Below are positions 49,180 to 60,084 of a DNA stretch of 64,000 nucleotides, in pieces. Numbering within the stretch: the stretch's first letter is position 1; each line of letters starts with the position of its first letter. Position numbers and translations under genes: made by a program. This DNA is from Nitrosopumilus sp. (GTDB lineage: Archaea > Thermoproteota > Nitrososphaeria > Nitrososphaerales > Nitrosopumilaceae), in NCBI GenBank assembly GCA_965223425.1, contig OZ245003.1:96001-160000 (forward strand), in the 5' to 3' direction. The notes under the pieces were generated by a model. It ran no database searches. It was given only the letters and a program-made list of their open reading frames with translations, and was not told the DNA's origin.

Positions 49180-49932
49180 CTACTTGCTTCTTTGAATTGT
49201 TTTTGTTATTTCTTGGAGTTTTTTGATACTTCCACCTTTTTCAAGGAATGTTCCAATAACTAATGCATCAGCGCCTGCCTTGACCAGACTTTGAGCAGTT
49301 TTCACGTCTTTAATGCCCCCTCCTACTATCAGAAATCCATTAAACATGCGCCTTACAGTCTTGACCATCTCTGGAGTGACATTAGTTTTTGCACCAGAGC
49401 CTGCCTCCAGATATACAAATCTCATGCCAAGAAACTGGGCTGCAAGAGCATACGCTGCAGCAATTTTTGGCTTTTCAAATGGAATTCCTCTTGCAGAACC
49501 AACAAACCAGGCAGATGTTCCATCGCCTATTACCAAATAAGCAGTTGGGAGTGGTTCTAAACCAAATTTGAGAACGCTTGGAGCTCCTAACGCTTGTGCT
49601 TGAGAGATAAAGTATGGGTTTTCTGAATTCATTAACGAGCTAAACAAGATTGCATCTGCATCAGGAACAACCCCTGTAATGTTTCCAGGAAATAAAATTA
49701 TTGGAATTTTAATGCTTTTTTTGATACCTTTTACTACTTGTGCCATCTCAATTTGGTCAGTAGCAGAAGATCCTCCAATTAAGATTGCAGAAGCCCCCAT
49801 CTTTTCGGCGTCTTTGGCAAGCTTGCTTGATGCTTTCAAATTTGATACCTCAGAATCGATTAATACGAATAATAATGCATTTTTCTTTTTTAATTCAGAT
49901 TTTAGGAATGATTCAACTTTATTTCCAGTCAT
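49180..49932 (-). CDS. Geranylgeranylglyceryl phosphate synthase
   Basis: IGGS, LFPG, YLEAGSGA, VGGGI. Confidence 0.92.
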   Translation of the reverse strand: MTGNKVESFLKSELKKKNALLFVLIDSEVSNLKASSKLAKDAEKMGASAILIGGSSATDQIEMAQVVKGIKKSIKIPIILFPGNITGVVPDADAILFSSLMNSENPYFISQAQALGAPSVLKFGLEPLPTAYLVIGDGTSAWFVGSARGIPFEKPKIAAAYALAAQFLGMRFVYLEAGSGAKTNVTPEMVKTVRRMFNGFLIVGGGIKDVKTAQSLVKAGADALVIGTFLEKGGSIKKLQEITKTIQRSK

Positions 49933-49997
49933 AATGGGGGTTTGTAGATGACTCTTTAAAGTTTAATTGTAGTGTCAGTATACAGATTTGTATAGCT

Positions 49998-50360
49998 ATG
50001 GGAGAGTTTGAAGAATCTAATTTTAATAATATTATCCGTCAAATTATCAAAAAATCTCTGTTTACAGAGCGACAAATTGAAATTATTTTAAATCAGAGGG
50101 ATCTTCTAGAAACTGAGTTTTCTATAACAAAAGGAGCATATTATAGACAGGTTGGGCAGTCTAGAGAGAAATTAATCTCATTATTCTATTCAATCATACT
50201 TTTACGTGGTTTAGGCATACTTTTGCCTGATGATATTGATGTGATATCTAAACTATCTGAACAAATTAGTGTGATTAATCAAAGTGAGATCTTCCCAGAA
50301 AGAGAAGAAGATGTCATTAGTGTGATAGATAGGCTTGTTCGTCAGGCCTGCAATGTGTGA
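49998..50360 (+). CDS. Conserved hypothetical protein (HTH-like)
   Basis: SLFTERQIEII...ITKGAYYRQVGQSR. Confidence 0.75.
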   Translation: MGEFEESNFNNIIRQIIKKSLFTERQIEIILNQRDLLETEFSITKGAYYRQVGQSREKLISLFYSIILLRGLGILLPDDIDVISKLSEQISVINQSEIFPEREEDVISVIDRLVRQACNV

Positions 50361-50481
50361 TATTGTAATGATGTAAACAAAGCCAGATTGTTGTGTTTGT
50401 GATAGTGTATGTGAGTATGTTCATCTAAAGTGTGAAATAATGTTGTTCAATCACGATAAATCACAACATGGGCGTTAATTT

Positions 50482-51087
50482 GTGATGTTGGTAGAAATTC
50501 CTGATCCTGAAGTGATTTTAGGTGTGATTTTAGCGTTTTTGATTGGTTTGGGTGCATTGTATGCATTCTACAAAGCACGACCATTCATCAAATCTAGAAG
50601 TGAATTAACAGATACAACACAAACTGAGCGTTTAGAGTATTATGAAAGACAGTTAATTGATATGAAGATACGCCTAGATGCCTTAGAAATACAAGGAATT
50701 GAGCAGAAAACAGATGATCCTAACTTAGAATTAAAACAATTTTTGGAGAAATTAGTAAAGAATGAGGCACAGGAACCACAAGTTGAGAAAATTAACGAGT
50801 CCAAAGTCATGCCTGAAAAAACAGACTCTGCGCATAATGTTTCTAGTATGGAGCACACCAACCCAATACTTCATGTGTTGCAGCTAATCACAAACAAAGC
50901 TATGACATCACGTGACATACAAGTGACGTTGAATAGAAGCAGGGAACATACGTCACGTTTAATGAAGAAATTATTTGAAGATGGTTTTGTTGAAAGAAAT
51001 ATAGAAACGAAACCATACACCTATTCAATTACTGAAAAAGGAAAAACAAAGGTTGGTAAGCTGCAACCAAATCCTACAACTGTATAA
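50482..51087 (+). CDS. Membrane-anchored winged-helix protein
   Basis: N-terminal TM helix, coiled coil, TSRDIQ..RSREHTSRLMKKL..G.VER..Y.ITEKG. Confidence 0.82.
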   Translation: MMLVEIPDPEVILGVILAFLIGLGALYAFYKARPFIKSRSELTDTTQTERLEYYERQLIDMKIRLDALEIQGIEQKTDDPNLELKQFLEKLVKNEAQEPQVEKINESKVMPEKTDSAHNVSSMEHTNPILHVLQLITNKAMTSRDIQVTLNRSREHTSRLMKKLFEDGFVERNIETKPYTYSITEKGKTKVGKLQPNPTTV

Positions 51088-51221
51088 AAAATTCTCAAAG
51101 TTTTACGAATTCATTTTATGTTGTTTTATTTAGGATTTTGTCAAAATCTAACTAATTTTATTATTATTTACTAAATAGAGAATTTATTAAATTATATATA
51201 TTATAAAATTATAATGATAGT

Positions 51222-51383
51222 ATGTCTGTACAAGAGAATGAAGTGTTGGTTAAAATCACCTCAGCTGGAACAATTTCTATCCCTAAACAGTTTAGAAGGT
51301 TTATGGATATTCAAAAAGGAGAATATGTCAAGTTGATTCTTGGTAAAGACAGGTTAATTGTAAGAAAAGTTACCATTTCTTGA
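51222..51383 (+). CDS. AbrB/MazE/SpoVT-family DNA-binding protein (53 aa)
   Basis: MSVQENEVLVKITSAGTISIPKQFRRFMDIQKGEYVKLILGKDRLIVRKVTIS; below the ORF-track cutoff. Confidence 0.85.
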   Translation: MSVQENEVLVKITSAGTISIPKQFRRFMDIQKGEYVKLILGKDRLIVRKVTIS

Positions 51384-51788
51384 TGGGTTTTGTTGTTTTG
51401 GGTGTATTTTTATGGTCTGATATGTCCATTCTCGGCCTGTTCTGGTTCTATCAACCCTGCCTTTTGATGAAAATCGTGATAAATAGGTGGATATTACACT
51501 AAGTTTTACTGGTTCGTTGAACTCATCTTCGAATTTTTCAAGAATATTAGTAGAGGTAAATTTGCCCACAGGGAAGAACTTGTCCACAACATACCAGATT
51601 TTGGTTCCTATTGAGTCCATGTTTGTTGGTTCTTGTTCTTCCTCAATATTCATCAAATCCATCATTTCAAATATTTTTAGAACCTTATCACGGGTTACAT
51701 TACCCTCCAATTTGATGTCATAACGCGCACCATCTTGGTCCTGCATATCTATTCGAATACGTTTTTTGGTCATCTTTGAGATCTTCAA
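51354..51788 (-). CDS. Hypothetical protein with a C-terminal winged helix
   Basis: FTSTNI...LSVISTYLSRF..KG.V.R.R.GREW.Y. Confidence 0.8.
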   Translation of the reverse strand: MKISKMTKKRIRIDMQDQDGARYDIKLEGNVTRDKVLKIFEMMDLMNIEEEQEPTNMDSIGTKIWYVVDKFFPVGKFTSTNILEKFEDEFNEPVKLSVISTYLSRFSSKGRVDRTRTGREWTYQTIKIHPKQQNPSRNGNFSYN

Positions 51789-51789
51789 G

Positions 51790-52255
51790 ATCAGGTGTTA
51801 ACAATTCAACTGATCCAAGAATGTTTGTTAACTAAATGGTTTGTTAACATTGACTGCCTAGCCCACGCCTAGCCTGAATTTTATTATTAACAACATATCC
51901 CACTAACCATTATTGAATTATAGTATTTTTACGCTTGGAGTGGAAATAAGGGGGTCAATTTTACCATATTCACACTGTTAACATTCATCTTAACGCCTGG
52001 AGTGGAAATAAGGGGGTCAAAATAGGTTTTTTAAGAAATTTCTTAACAGGAGATTAACAAGATGTTAACATCATAATGGAGGAAAAACCCACACACCAAT
52101 CTTTCCACTCTATGTTTTTTTTATTTTTTTTTTTTGAGAAAACACAAAAACTAACTAAAAATAATTAATGACAAACTAAACTAGAGTTACTATTCTATTC
52201 TATACTCTCCTAATTTAGAAATGGTTATGAAACTGTTGACAGGAAACAAAGGTGT
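51790..52255. other. Replication origin (oriC) upstream of cdc6
   Basis: ORBs TGGAGTGGAAATAAGGGGG at 51936-51954 and 51998-52016; inverted mini-ORB TTTCCACTCT at 52102-52111; AT/T-rich tracts. Confidence 0.85.
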
Positions 52256-53464
52256 GTGAGTATGCCTGACCCAATAGATCGATTACTTGATGCATCAGAA
52301 TCTGGAAAATCCATAATAAAAAACAGGGCAATGCTTCATTTTACATACATACCGGACATTATACTGCATAGAAATTCTGAGCAGGAGCAGATAACCCAAT
52401 CATTATTGCCGATTCTGAAACAATCCAGACCATCCAACCTTTTGGTATATGGAAAACCCGGAACTGGAAAAACACTAGTTGTTAAGAAAGTGATTTCAAA
52501 AATCCAGATAAGAGTTGAAAAATCAAACTTCCCAATTAAACTTGTATATTCTAACTCTAAAGAGGAGACAACCCTTTATGGGCTATTAGTAAGCCTGGGC
52601 AGACAGTTGGGCCTGGCTGAGAAAGAACTCCCAACAACGGGCCTAGCAATAAGCGAAGTATTCAAAAGACTTCTTGCCAAAATTGATGAAGGAAAACTTA
52701 ATGCAATTTTTGTGATTGATGAGATTGACTATCTTGCCCAATTGGTAGCAAAAACAGGCAAAGACATCCTATACCAACTAACTAGGGCAAATGAGAGGTT
52801 AAAGGACGGTTCCCTTACTTTGGTAGGAATTTCAAACGATCTTACATTCAAAGAGAGGCTCGACCCCAGAGTAATCAGCAGCCTTGGTGAGGAAGAGATT
52901 GTTTTCACAAATTACAATATGGAGCAAATTCAAAAAATTCTAGAAGAAAGAACTAGCAAAGCCTTTGTAGAAAACTCCGTTGGCGAACCGGCCCTTTCCC
53001 TTTGTGCTGCCCTTGCGGCACAGGAACATGGCGATGCTCGCAGAGCAATTGATCTGATTCGTGTGGCAGGAGAAATTGCTGAACGAGAGCAATCAGAAAA
53101 AGTTACTGACAAACACATCAGATTAGCCTCTCAAAAAATTGAAGAAAATAAAGAGGAGACATCCCTTCAATCCTTCCCACTTCATGAAAAATTAGTAATT
53201 CTTGCAATCATGAAAGCGAACGGTTCGTCCACCGGGGAGATTTACTCATCATACAAAAACCTCTGCAAGGCAGTTGGAAGGGATGAGTTAACTCAAAGAA
53301 GAATCACACAAATGCTTAATGAAATTGAATTATCTGGAATTATCTCTGGAAGACTAGTCCACCAAGGAATTCATGGAAGGACAAAAAAATACAAACTTTC
53401 TATCACATTTGAGACGGTAAAAAAATCATTCAAAAACGATTCAGCTTTACAAGACATTGTCTGA
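52256..53464 (+). CDS. cdc6: Orc1/Cdc6 replication initiator
   Basis: YGKPGTGKT, IDEID, GDARRAIDL, C-terminal wHTH. Confidence 0.95.
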   Translation: MSMPDPIDRLLDASESGKSIIKNRAMLHFTYIPDIILHRNSEQEQITQSLLPILKQSRPSNLLVYGKPGTGKTLVVKKVISKIQIRVEKSNFPIKLVYSNSKEETTLYGLLVSLGRQLGLAEKELPTTGLAISEVFKRLLAKIDEGKLNAIFVIDEIDYLAQLVAKTGKDILYQLTRANERLKDGSLTLVGISNDLTFKERLDPRVISSLGEEEIVFTNYNMEQIQKILEERTSKAFVENSVGEPALSLCAALAAQEHGDARRAIDLIRVAGEIAEREQSEKVTDKHIRLASQKIEENKEETSLQSFPLHEKLVILAIMKANGSSTGEIYSSYKNLCKAVGRDELTQRRITQMLNEIELSGIISGRLVHQGIHGRTKKYKLSITFETVKKSFKNDSALQDIV

Positions 53465-54901
53465 GTTTGAGTTGTAATTTTCATGAAAAACTTGGAAAGT
53501 CTTTAGATTAACCATAATTGCAATTCCTGGGTTTGGAGTCATTCCAACACTAGCCTGAAAAGGCGTCTGTTTTTGCCATGAACCAGAATTAACCAACAAA
53601 ATGCCCTTGTACATATCTAATTCTGCCCTATGAACATGACCTACATGAAAAATATCTGGAACGCCTTCAACCACTAAAAGATCCTCCATCTCAGGTGCTA
53701 TTGGGGTCTGACTGCCATAAATTGGACTTAGGTGTCTTGCCCTAAGCAGGTGCCTCATTACGTTTGTTGGCTTGTCATAACTCAGGCCCGGCGTGGTTTT
53801 TACAATATCATCAATACTTTGTCCATGAAACATCAGTATCTTCACACCATTCAACGATACTACGGCTGGATTCCCAACCATCACCACATTTTCCATTTCC
53901 CATAAACCAGAATTGTATTTTTCTGGTATGGCAGGCTGTGGAAGCGCCCTTCTTCCAGGATCATGGTTTCCAGGCATTATTATGATCTTTACATTTTTTG
54001 GAATCTGGCTGATTAATTTCTCAACTTTTTTTAACTGCTCTTCGATAGTTTGGCAAACTAATTCTTCATCTTGATTTGGATATATTCCAACCCCGTCTAC
54101 AATATCCCCCCCAATTAACACAAAACGAATTTTTCTTGCAACCGGATCTGGACTTGATAACCATGAAACAAATTCCGAGAACTCCTCCTCCATAAAGTAT
54201 TTGCTTCCAATATGTAGATCTGAAAGAAACACTGCAAATGTTTCTGATTCTGATTTGTTAATGGCCTGATCAGGAATATCTGGCAGAATAAGATCTTTGA
54301 TAATAAATCCGGAATTCTTTCCTAAACTTATCCTTGCCATAACAAACTGGTCAATTAGAAGCGTGGCTGCAGTCTTTTGCAGCTCACCATCAAAAATAAT
54401 CCCATCAAAGAAGCCTGATGGATCCTCTAAAACTAACTTTGTTACATTTCTTTCGGCATTTCTTGTGGTTATAAGACCGCAAATGTACATTCCCTCTTCT
54501 GATTTTGTAGTTTTTACAGATGCTATGGATTTGAGCATTCTTGATTCTGGTCTATCTGAAATTATTCGTTTGAGTTTGTTAAAACGACTGGAAAATAATG
54601 CGTTATACCCTTTGACTCCCTCACCTGTTGTTATCTTGCTGGTCGGATCAAACAACACCTTGAGCTCGCTTTGTAGTGTTGGATCCTCTTTAATTCCAAG
54701 ATATGTTTCTAAATCATCTTGGTTAATCTGAAATAACTTCTGTTTTGTCTTTTCTCTGACTATTTCTCTTATGACCCTCTCTAGTTTTTTAACATCTACC
54801 TTTTCTAAGATTTTAAAAGCGTCTGGATGAATCTGGAATCCTTTGTTTAGTGCGTAGTTTAATGCTAAGGATAACTCCTTTTTCATATCAAAAAATATCA
54901 T
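53447..54901 (-). CDS. polB: DNA polymerase D small subunit (DP1)
   Basis: SDLHIGS, GDIVDG, PGNHD, HLSP, GHVH, WQKQT. Confidence 0.93.
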   Translation of the reverse strand: MIFFDMKKELSLALNYALNKGFQIHPDAFKILEKVDVKKLERVIREIVREKTKQKLFQINQDDLETYLGIKEDPTLQSELKVLFDPTSKITTGEGVKGYNALFSSRFNKLKRIISDRPESRMLKSIASVKTTKSEEGMYICGLITTRNAERNVTKLVLEDPSGFFDGIIFDGELQKTAATLLIDQFVMARISLGKNSGFIIKDLILPDIPDQAINKSESETFAVFLSDLHIGSKYFMEEEFSEFVSWLSSPDPVARKIRFVLIGGDIVDGVGIYPNQDEELVCQTIEEQLKKVEKLISQIPKNVKIIIMPGNHDPGRRALPQPAIPEKYNSGLWEMENVVMVGNPAVVSLNGVKILMFHGQSIDDIVKTTPGLSYDKPTNVMRHLLRARHLSPIYGSQTPIAPEMEDLLVVEGVPDIFHVGHVHRAELDMYKGILLVNSGSWQKQTPFQASVGMTPNPGIAIMVNLKTFQVFHENYNSNSDNVL

Positions 54902-54943
54902 GCGGTTTAATTAAATCTGCGCCTAACACCTAACCCTCAAATA

Positions 54944-55501
54944 TTGTTCAAAAACAAAGGCAATATGAATAAAGATAGAACAATTCTGTTTTTCATCTTT
55001 TTAGCAAGTTTTGCTGCGGTATATCAAATTGGTTCAATGTCTACTGTAAGTGAAGAAGATGCAAGCGCATTCATGGCTGAATTTGAAGAGCTTGTTTTAG
55101 ACATTGATGCATTTGGAATCTTTACACATAACACAACTATTGCACTACCGATGTTTATTCCAGGATTTGGTGTTGCATGGGGTCTTTTCTCAGCTTGGTC
55201 CACAGGATTTGCTTTTGCTGCAATAACCACCACTGCCCCACAATTAGGAAACATATCTCCACTTGCAATTCTTTTCTTATCTCCATTTGGGTTGATGGAG
55301 CTTGTTGCTTATTCATTGGGACTTTCAAGAAGCTTTATTTTGATACGAGCCATTTCCAAAAAAATCAATCTAACTCAATTTATCAAACCGACAATAATGG
55401 AAATCGGAGCTGTGGTTGGACTCCTTTTAGCTGGAGGGTATCTTGAATTTTACATGATAGAATTAGCTCAAGAAGAAGGTCTTGAGATGCCTGGGTTCTA
55501 G
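54944..55501 (+). CDS. SpoIIM-family membrane protein
   Basis: IFTHN, PFGLMEL, LLLAGGYLE. Confidence 0.82.
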   Translation: MFKNKGNMNKDRTILFFIFLASFAAVYQIGSMSTVSEEDASAFMAEFEELVLDIDAFGIFTHNTTIALPMFIPGFGVAWGLFSAWSTGFAFAAITTTAPQLGNISPLAILFLSPFGLMELVAYSLGLSRSFILIRAISKKINLTQFIKPTIMEIGAVVGLLLAGGYLEFYMIELAQEEGLEMPGF

Positions 55502-55629
55502 TCTTTAGCCCCAAACAGGATGCAGGGTTCTACAGATTACATGATCCAGACTGATTGGATGAGAGTTGTAGCATACGTATTTCCACTATCTGACAGTTTA
55601 ATTTTCGGTGATGGAAAAAATCTGGGAAA

Positions 55630-56346
55630 CTAGTTTTCCCACTGCCATTTGTAATTCATATATGAATCCAAACTTGCTTGATTAAACACCATTACAGACA
55701 AATCAGAAAATCCCTTTCCTTCCAAATCTTTTATTGTTCCTACAAAACTAGTCTCATTTTCAGTTGTTATTGCCTCAAAAACATGAACTTTCATTTTATC
55801 AGTAGGAAAACCATGTTCACGAAGATAAACGGCTATCTCTGATGGCATAAAATGTTTGTCAGGCTGTTTTGGCCAAGGCCTTGGAACTAAAACTACACTA
55901 AAACCATCAATCAACGCCTTTTGTAATTCTAATTTTTTACCTTCAATCGGGGTTGTAACATGCATTGTAATTACTTTGGATTTATCAAGAGGCACATTAG
56001 CTCTTGATGCAGCAACTTGAATTGAGCTAATTCCAGGAATAATCTCTACCTTGCCAAAAATTTCTACTAACCTATCCACAACTTCTGATTCAGAAAAATT
56101 CACATCTCCAGTAAATGGAATCACTAATGTTCTCTTGCCAAGCTTTGGAAGAATTTGCTGATAAGACTCTTCTTGATTATTCATGGTAATTTCATAGATC
56201 TCTTTTCCTTTGATTAGATGCTCTATTGTTTTTAGTGTGTATTTGTAACCAATTATAACATCACAGTTACTAACAATCTCTTTTACAATCTCAGTTACAT
56301 ATTTTGGCGAACCTGGACCAACGCCAACAGCATAGATTTTTCCCAA
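55630..56346 (-). CDS. cbiE: Precorrin-6Y C5-methyltransferase
   Basis: VGVGPG, GDVNFS, IPGISSIQ. Confidence 0.8.
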   Translation of the reverse strand: MGKIYAVGVGPGSPKYVTEIVKEIVSNCDVIIGYKYTLKTIEHLIKGKEIYEITMNNQEESYQQILPKLGKRTLVIPFTGDVNFSESEVVDRLVEIFGKVEIIPGISSIQVAASRANVPLDKSKVITMHVTTPIEGKKLELQKALIDGFSVVLVPRPWPKQPDKHFMPSEIAVYLREHGFPTDKMKVHVFEAITTENETSFVGTIKDLEGKGFSDLSVMVFNQASLDSYMNYKWQWEN

Positions 56347-56348
56347 TT

Positions 56349-56840
56349 TTACTTGGTAAATTTCTGTCTGTCTTTAATATATTGCACAAAAGGCTTCCAA
56401 TCTACCTTCATGTATTTTGTAGGCTCCTTCATTGGATATTTTACCCAATCTTGTGCTATTGCATATTGAAATTTTTCTTGTTTTCCACCTTTTTCATATT
56501 CTAGTTTTAGTACTCCTCCCCAAACCTTATCCTCATAACTAATGCTGGAAATATCGTCAAATGCTAATTCTGTATTTTTGGGATTTTCCAAATCTTCCCC
56601 CAAATCTTCTTCATTATACCCATCATGGCGAATCATTGTATTTTTTGACTTGATAAAATTAATCACTTGTCTTTGTGTAATGGCTTTCCACCAATTCATC
56701 TTGGCTTCTGTCTTGTGTACAAACATCAAATGCCTGTCAGTCAGCACCAACATTCCTTCCCTTCCTCCGATTGACATGAATTTTTTTGATTCTCTCCATA
56801 CTGAAACCAAATGTGCCTGAATCTTCTCATCAGATTCCAT
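56349..56840 (-). CDS. Conserved hypothetical protein (PH-like)
   Basis: GMLVLTDRHLMF strand pattern. Confidence 0.75.
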   Translation of the reverse strand: MESDEKIQAHLVSVWRESKKFMSIGGREGMLVLTDRHLMFVHKTEAKMNWWKAITQRQVINFIKSKNTMIRHDGYNEEDLGEDLENPKNTELAFDDISSISYEDKVWGGVLKLEYEKGGKQEKFQYAIAQDWVKYPMKEPTKYMKVDWKPFVQYIKDRQKFTK

Positions 56841-56912
56841 ATCGGTGATTTATTTGACTTTGTTAAAAACCAATACAATTAGCTTTTAAGTACGATTATT
56901 CATGCACAATTA

Positions 56913-58439
56913 TTGTACAAGATATTTCTGGCAGTGATATTCTTTTTACTTTTAGTTGGAGTTGGAAATCAAACATTTGCACAAGCTGAGACTTATCAAA
57001 TCGGCATACTTGATCCTGCAGTTGTTTTAGAAACCAATCTGGGAAATATTACAATAGAATTTTTTTATGATGATGCACCAAATCATGTTGAAAATTTTAT
57101 TAAATTATCACAATTGGGATTCTATGATGGCACTGTATTTCATAGAATAATTCCCGGCTTTATGATTCAAGGCGGTGATCCAAATACTGTTTCTGGTGAT
57201 TCAAGTAGTTGGGGAATGGGAGGTTCTGATGAAAGAGTAGATGCTGAATTTAACACAATAAAACACAATCGTGGAATTGTCTCGATGGCAAGATCAGCTG
57301 ATCCAAACAGTGGTGGCTCACAATTTTTTATAGTTCATAAGGACTCAAACTTCCTTGATGAACAATATACCGTATTTGGAAGAATTGTCACTGAAGAAAG
57401 TTTTGAAACACTTGATAAAATTGCATCAGTTGAAACAGGAGACGGAGACAAACCAATAAACCCAGAACAAGTCAAAATTCTTAAAACTACGGTAGTTAGA
57501 AGCTCTGAAATTTCAAACATGCTTGAATTATCCGAACCTGAGCGTACACAACCTACTGAAACCTCCTCTGTTGGCAATCAAAAATTTGAAAGCACTGAAC
57601 ATAATGTTGCATTCAGTGTACCTGAAGGCTGGCTATTACAACAACCCGATAAATCACAACAAAATTCTCCGGATGTGGTTGCAGTAGGACCTAAGGTAGG
57701 AGTAATAAACGCGATAATTTCATTAACAGTTCAGGAAACTAATCAAAAAACTTTAGATGATCTTATTTCTGAAAAAACTGAAACATTGAAAGATGCAATA
57801 GAATCAGGCAATCTGAACGTTCTATTACAAAAAAAATCAACTGTTAATGGCAATCAGGCATATGTGACTGATGCAGAAGGATATTTTTCATCTAATGGTG
57901 AAAAACTCGATATAAAATTTAGAGAAGTGTTGATTTATGATTCTGAAAAATTTTATACACTTGCTTACACTAACGATTTGTCTAATTTCAACTCTCAACT
58001 CCCAAGATTTGAGGACACGCTTGACTCGTTTGAAATATTATCCAAAAATACATCCCTGAAAGAAGAAGCGATAGAAAACGGCGGATGTCTTATTGCAACA
58101 GCAACATATGGTTCAGAACTTGCACCACAAGTACAACAATTAAGAGAACTTAGAGATAACACAATTTTACCAACAGCGTCCGGAAGCGCATTTATGAGCG
58201 GATTTAATCAATTCTATTATTCATTCTCACCAACAGTCGCTGATTTAGAACGTGAATTACCAATCTTTAAAGAAGCTGTAAAAATTGCAATTACTCCGAT
58301 GCTATCTACACTATCAATCATGGAATATGCTGAATCAGAATCAGAAGTTCTAGGATATGGTGTTGGTGTAATTCTGATGAATATTGGAATGTACTTTGCA
58401 GCACCGGCAGTAATCATCTATAAAATTAAAAAACTCTAG
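56913..58439 (+). CDS. Secreted cyclophilin PPIase with PsbP-like domain and CFI-box C-terminus
   Basis: FHRIIPGFMIQGGDP, SMAR, SQFFI; GGCLIATATYGS...LRELRD; terminal TM helix. Confidence 0.9.
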   Translation: MYKIFLAVIFFLLLVGVGNQTFAQAETYQIGILDPAVVLETNLGNITIEFFYDDAPNHVENFIKLSQLGFYDGTVFHRIIPGFMIQGGDPNTVSGDSSSWGMGGSDERVDAEFNTIKHNRGIVSMARSADPNSGGSQFFIVHKDSNFLDEQYTVFGRIVTEESFETLDKIASVETGDGDKPINPEQVKILKTTVVRSSEISNMLELSEPERTQPTETSSVGNQKFESTEHNVAFSVPEGWLLQQPDKSQQNSPDVVAVGPKVGVINAIISLTVQETNQKTLDDLISEKTETLKDAIESGNLNVLLQKKSTVNGNQAYVTDAEGYFSSNGEKLDIKFREVLIYDSEKFYTLAYTNDLSNFNSQLPRFEDTLDSFEILSKNTSLKEEAIENGGCLIATATYGSELAPQVQQLRELRDNTILPTASGSAFMSGFNQFYYSFSPTVADLERELPIFKEAVKIAITPMLSTLSIMEYAESESEVLGYGVGVILMNIGMYFAAPAVIIYKIKKL

Positions 58440-58665
58440 CTAGACTGATTTGGTTTTTTTTGATGAACACACATCATCACAACTATCCCAGTTACAATTA
58501 CAACAATTACTGTGACATTGTTTGTGAGATTTATTCTGAAAAAATCTAATAAAAAAATTGCAGCGAGGGAACTGCTCCGACTAAAAGAACCCTGTCTCTA
58601 AACGAGCTATCAACTTTCCCACTTTCTCAAAAATAAAACATATTTGATATGACAGTTTTCCCTAT

Positions 58666-60039
58666 TTACCAAACATCATCTACTTCATCAAGCAGCTTGT
58701 ATTCTTTCTCAGTCTCCCGTTTCATTAGTTTAAGTCTAGAAATATCCCTATCAAAGAACAAATCTATTATCCAATCAAGTAAAACTCTAGTTTTCTTATC
58801 AAATGTTGGAATTTTTGACAGATAGACATTTCTCCAAATTAACCAAGCCCAAAATCCAGAAACATTCATTCCCAAAAATGTAGCAATTCCTGCCCTCTTT
58901 CCAATAATTGCCATCTGCCCCTTTGACTGGTACACAAACTTTTCTTTTTGTGAGTTTTTAATTAACGCCTTTAAATTTTTAGCTCCAGTTTTTGCTTGAG
59001 CTTCTGCAATTTGTGCTGTTGGAGGAAATGGTCTTTTTGTTTCAGAATCTAAAAACAACGCACAATCTCCTATTGCAAAAACTCCCGGAAAGTCAGGGAC
59101 CTCTAGATACTCATTAACTATGACTTTGCCCTTGTCCGTTTTGAACATTGATCTCTTAATTGTATTAACAGGGGTAACTCCTGCAGTCCAAACCAAAGTC
59201 TTAGTTCTAATTGCATCAATCTTTGAATTGTCAATTGGATCTTTTGGATTCTCATCTAATAATTTTGTAGTAACTTCATTTCCTTCAAAACTGGTTACTG
59301 CCGTTTTTAGTCTAATATCTATTCCTCTCTCCATCATTTTCTCTTTTGCAAACTCTGCCAATTTTTGATTAAATCCTGGCAAAATCATTGGTAATGCCTC
59401 CAACACAACAACTTTGAGTTCCTCTTTGTGAATTGTAGGATAATATTTTCGTGCATCCAAAAGTAAATCCATCAGTTCTCCTGCAGTTTCAATTCCAGCA
59501 AACCCTCCCCCCACTACAACAAAATTCAAAAAGCTTTTTCGAAGAATTGGATTAGTCTCGTTTTCTGCCTGTTCTAACATGTCAATTACCCTGTTCCTTA
59601 GCATCACTGCATCATTGAGAGTCTTCATGGTGTAAGCATTTTTTTCTACATCAGCCATTCCAAAAAAATTCGTCTCACTACCTAATGCAATCACCAAAAA
59701 ATCATAATGAATTGAGATGCTTCTTTTATCTCCAGTGCCCCATATCGTTACCAGTTTTCCATATGGATCAATATTCTTGATCCTGCCTTCATAAAATTTT
59801 GTTTTTTCGCAGATGGTTCTAATGGGCAAAACTATGTGCCTGGTTTCAATCATCCCTGATGCTACTTGTGGTAGCATGGGTGTAAATAACAGAAAATTGT
59901 CTTCGCTTACCATTACTAATTGTATTTCGGGATCATTTCCAAATCCAGACTCTAATTGTCTAGCACACTCTACTCCAGCAAACCCCCCTCCCAAAATCAC
60001 AATCTTTTTTCTGCTTCTAGTCAATCGTGTTTTTCCCAC
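58666..60039 (-). CDS. Type II NADH dehydrogenase-like FAD oxidoreductase
   Basis: Two GGGFAG motifs, WTAGV, AIGD, PPTAQIA. Confidence 0.9.
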   Translation of the reverse strand: MGKTRLTRSRKKIVILGGGFAGVECARQLESGFGNDPEIQLVMVSEDNFLLFTPMLPQVASGMIETRHIVLPIRTICEKTKFYEGRIKNIDPYGKLVTIWGTGDKRSISIHYDFLVIALGSETNFFGMADVEKNAYTMKTLNDAVMLRNRVIDMLEQAENETNPILRKSFLNFVVVGGGFAGIETAGELMDLLLDARKYYPTIHKEELKVVVLEALPMILPGFNQKLAEFAKEKMMERGIDIRLKTAVTSFEGNEVTTKLLDENPKDPIDNSKIDAIRTKTLVWTAGVTPVNTIKRSMFKTDKGKVIVNEYLEVPDFPGVFAIGDCALFLDSETKRPFPPTAQIAEAQAKTGAKNLKALIKNSQKEKFVYQSKGQMAIIGKRAGIATFLGMNVSGFWAWLIWRNVYLSKIPTFDKKTRVLLDWIIDLFFDRDISRLKLMKRETEKEYKLLDEVDDVW

Positions 60040-60084
60040 ATTCTGGGTGAATATATGCTATGAGAAAAATTTCCCCTAAAACCA

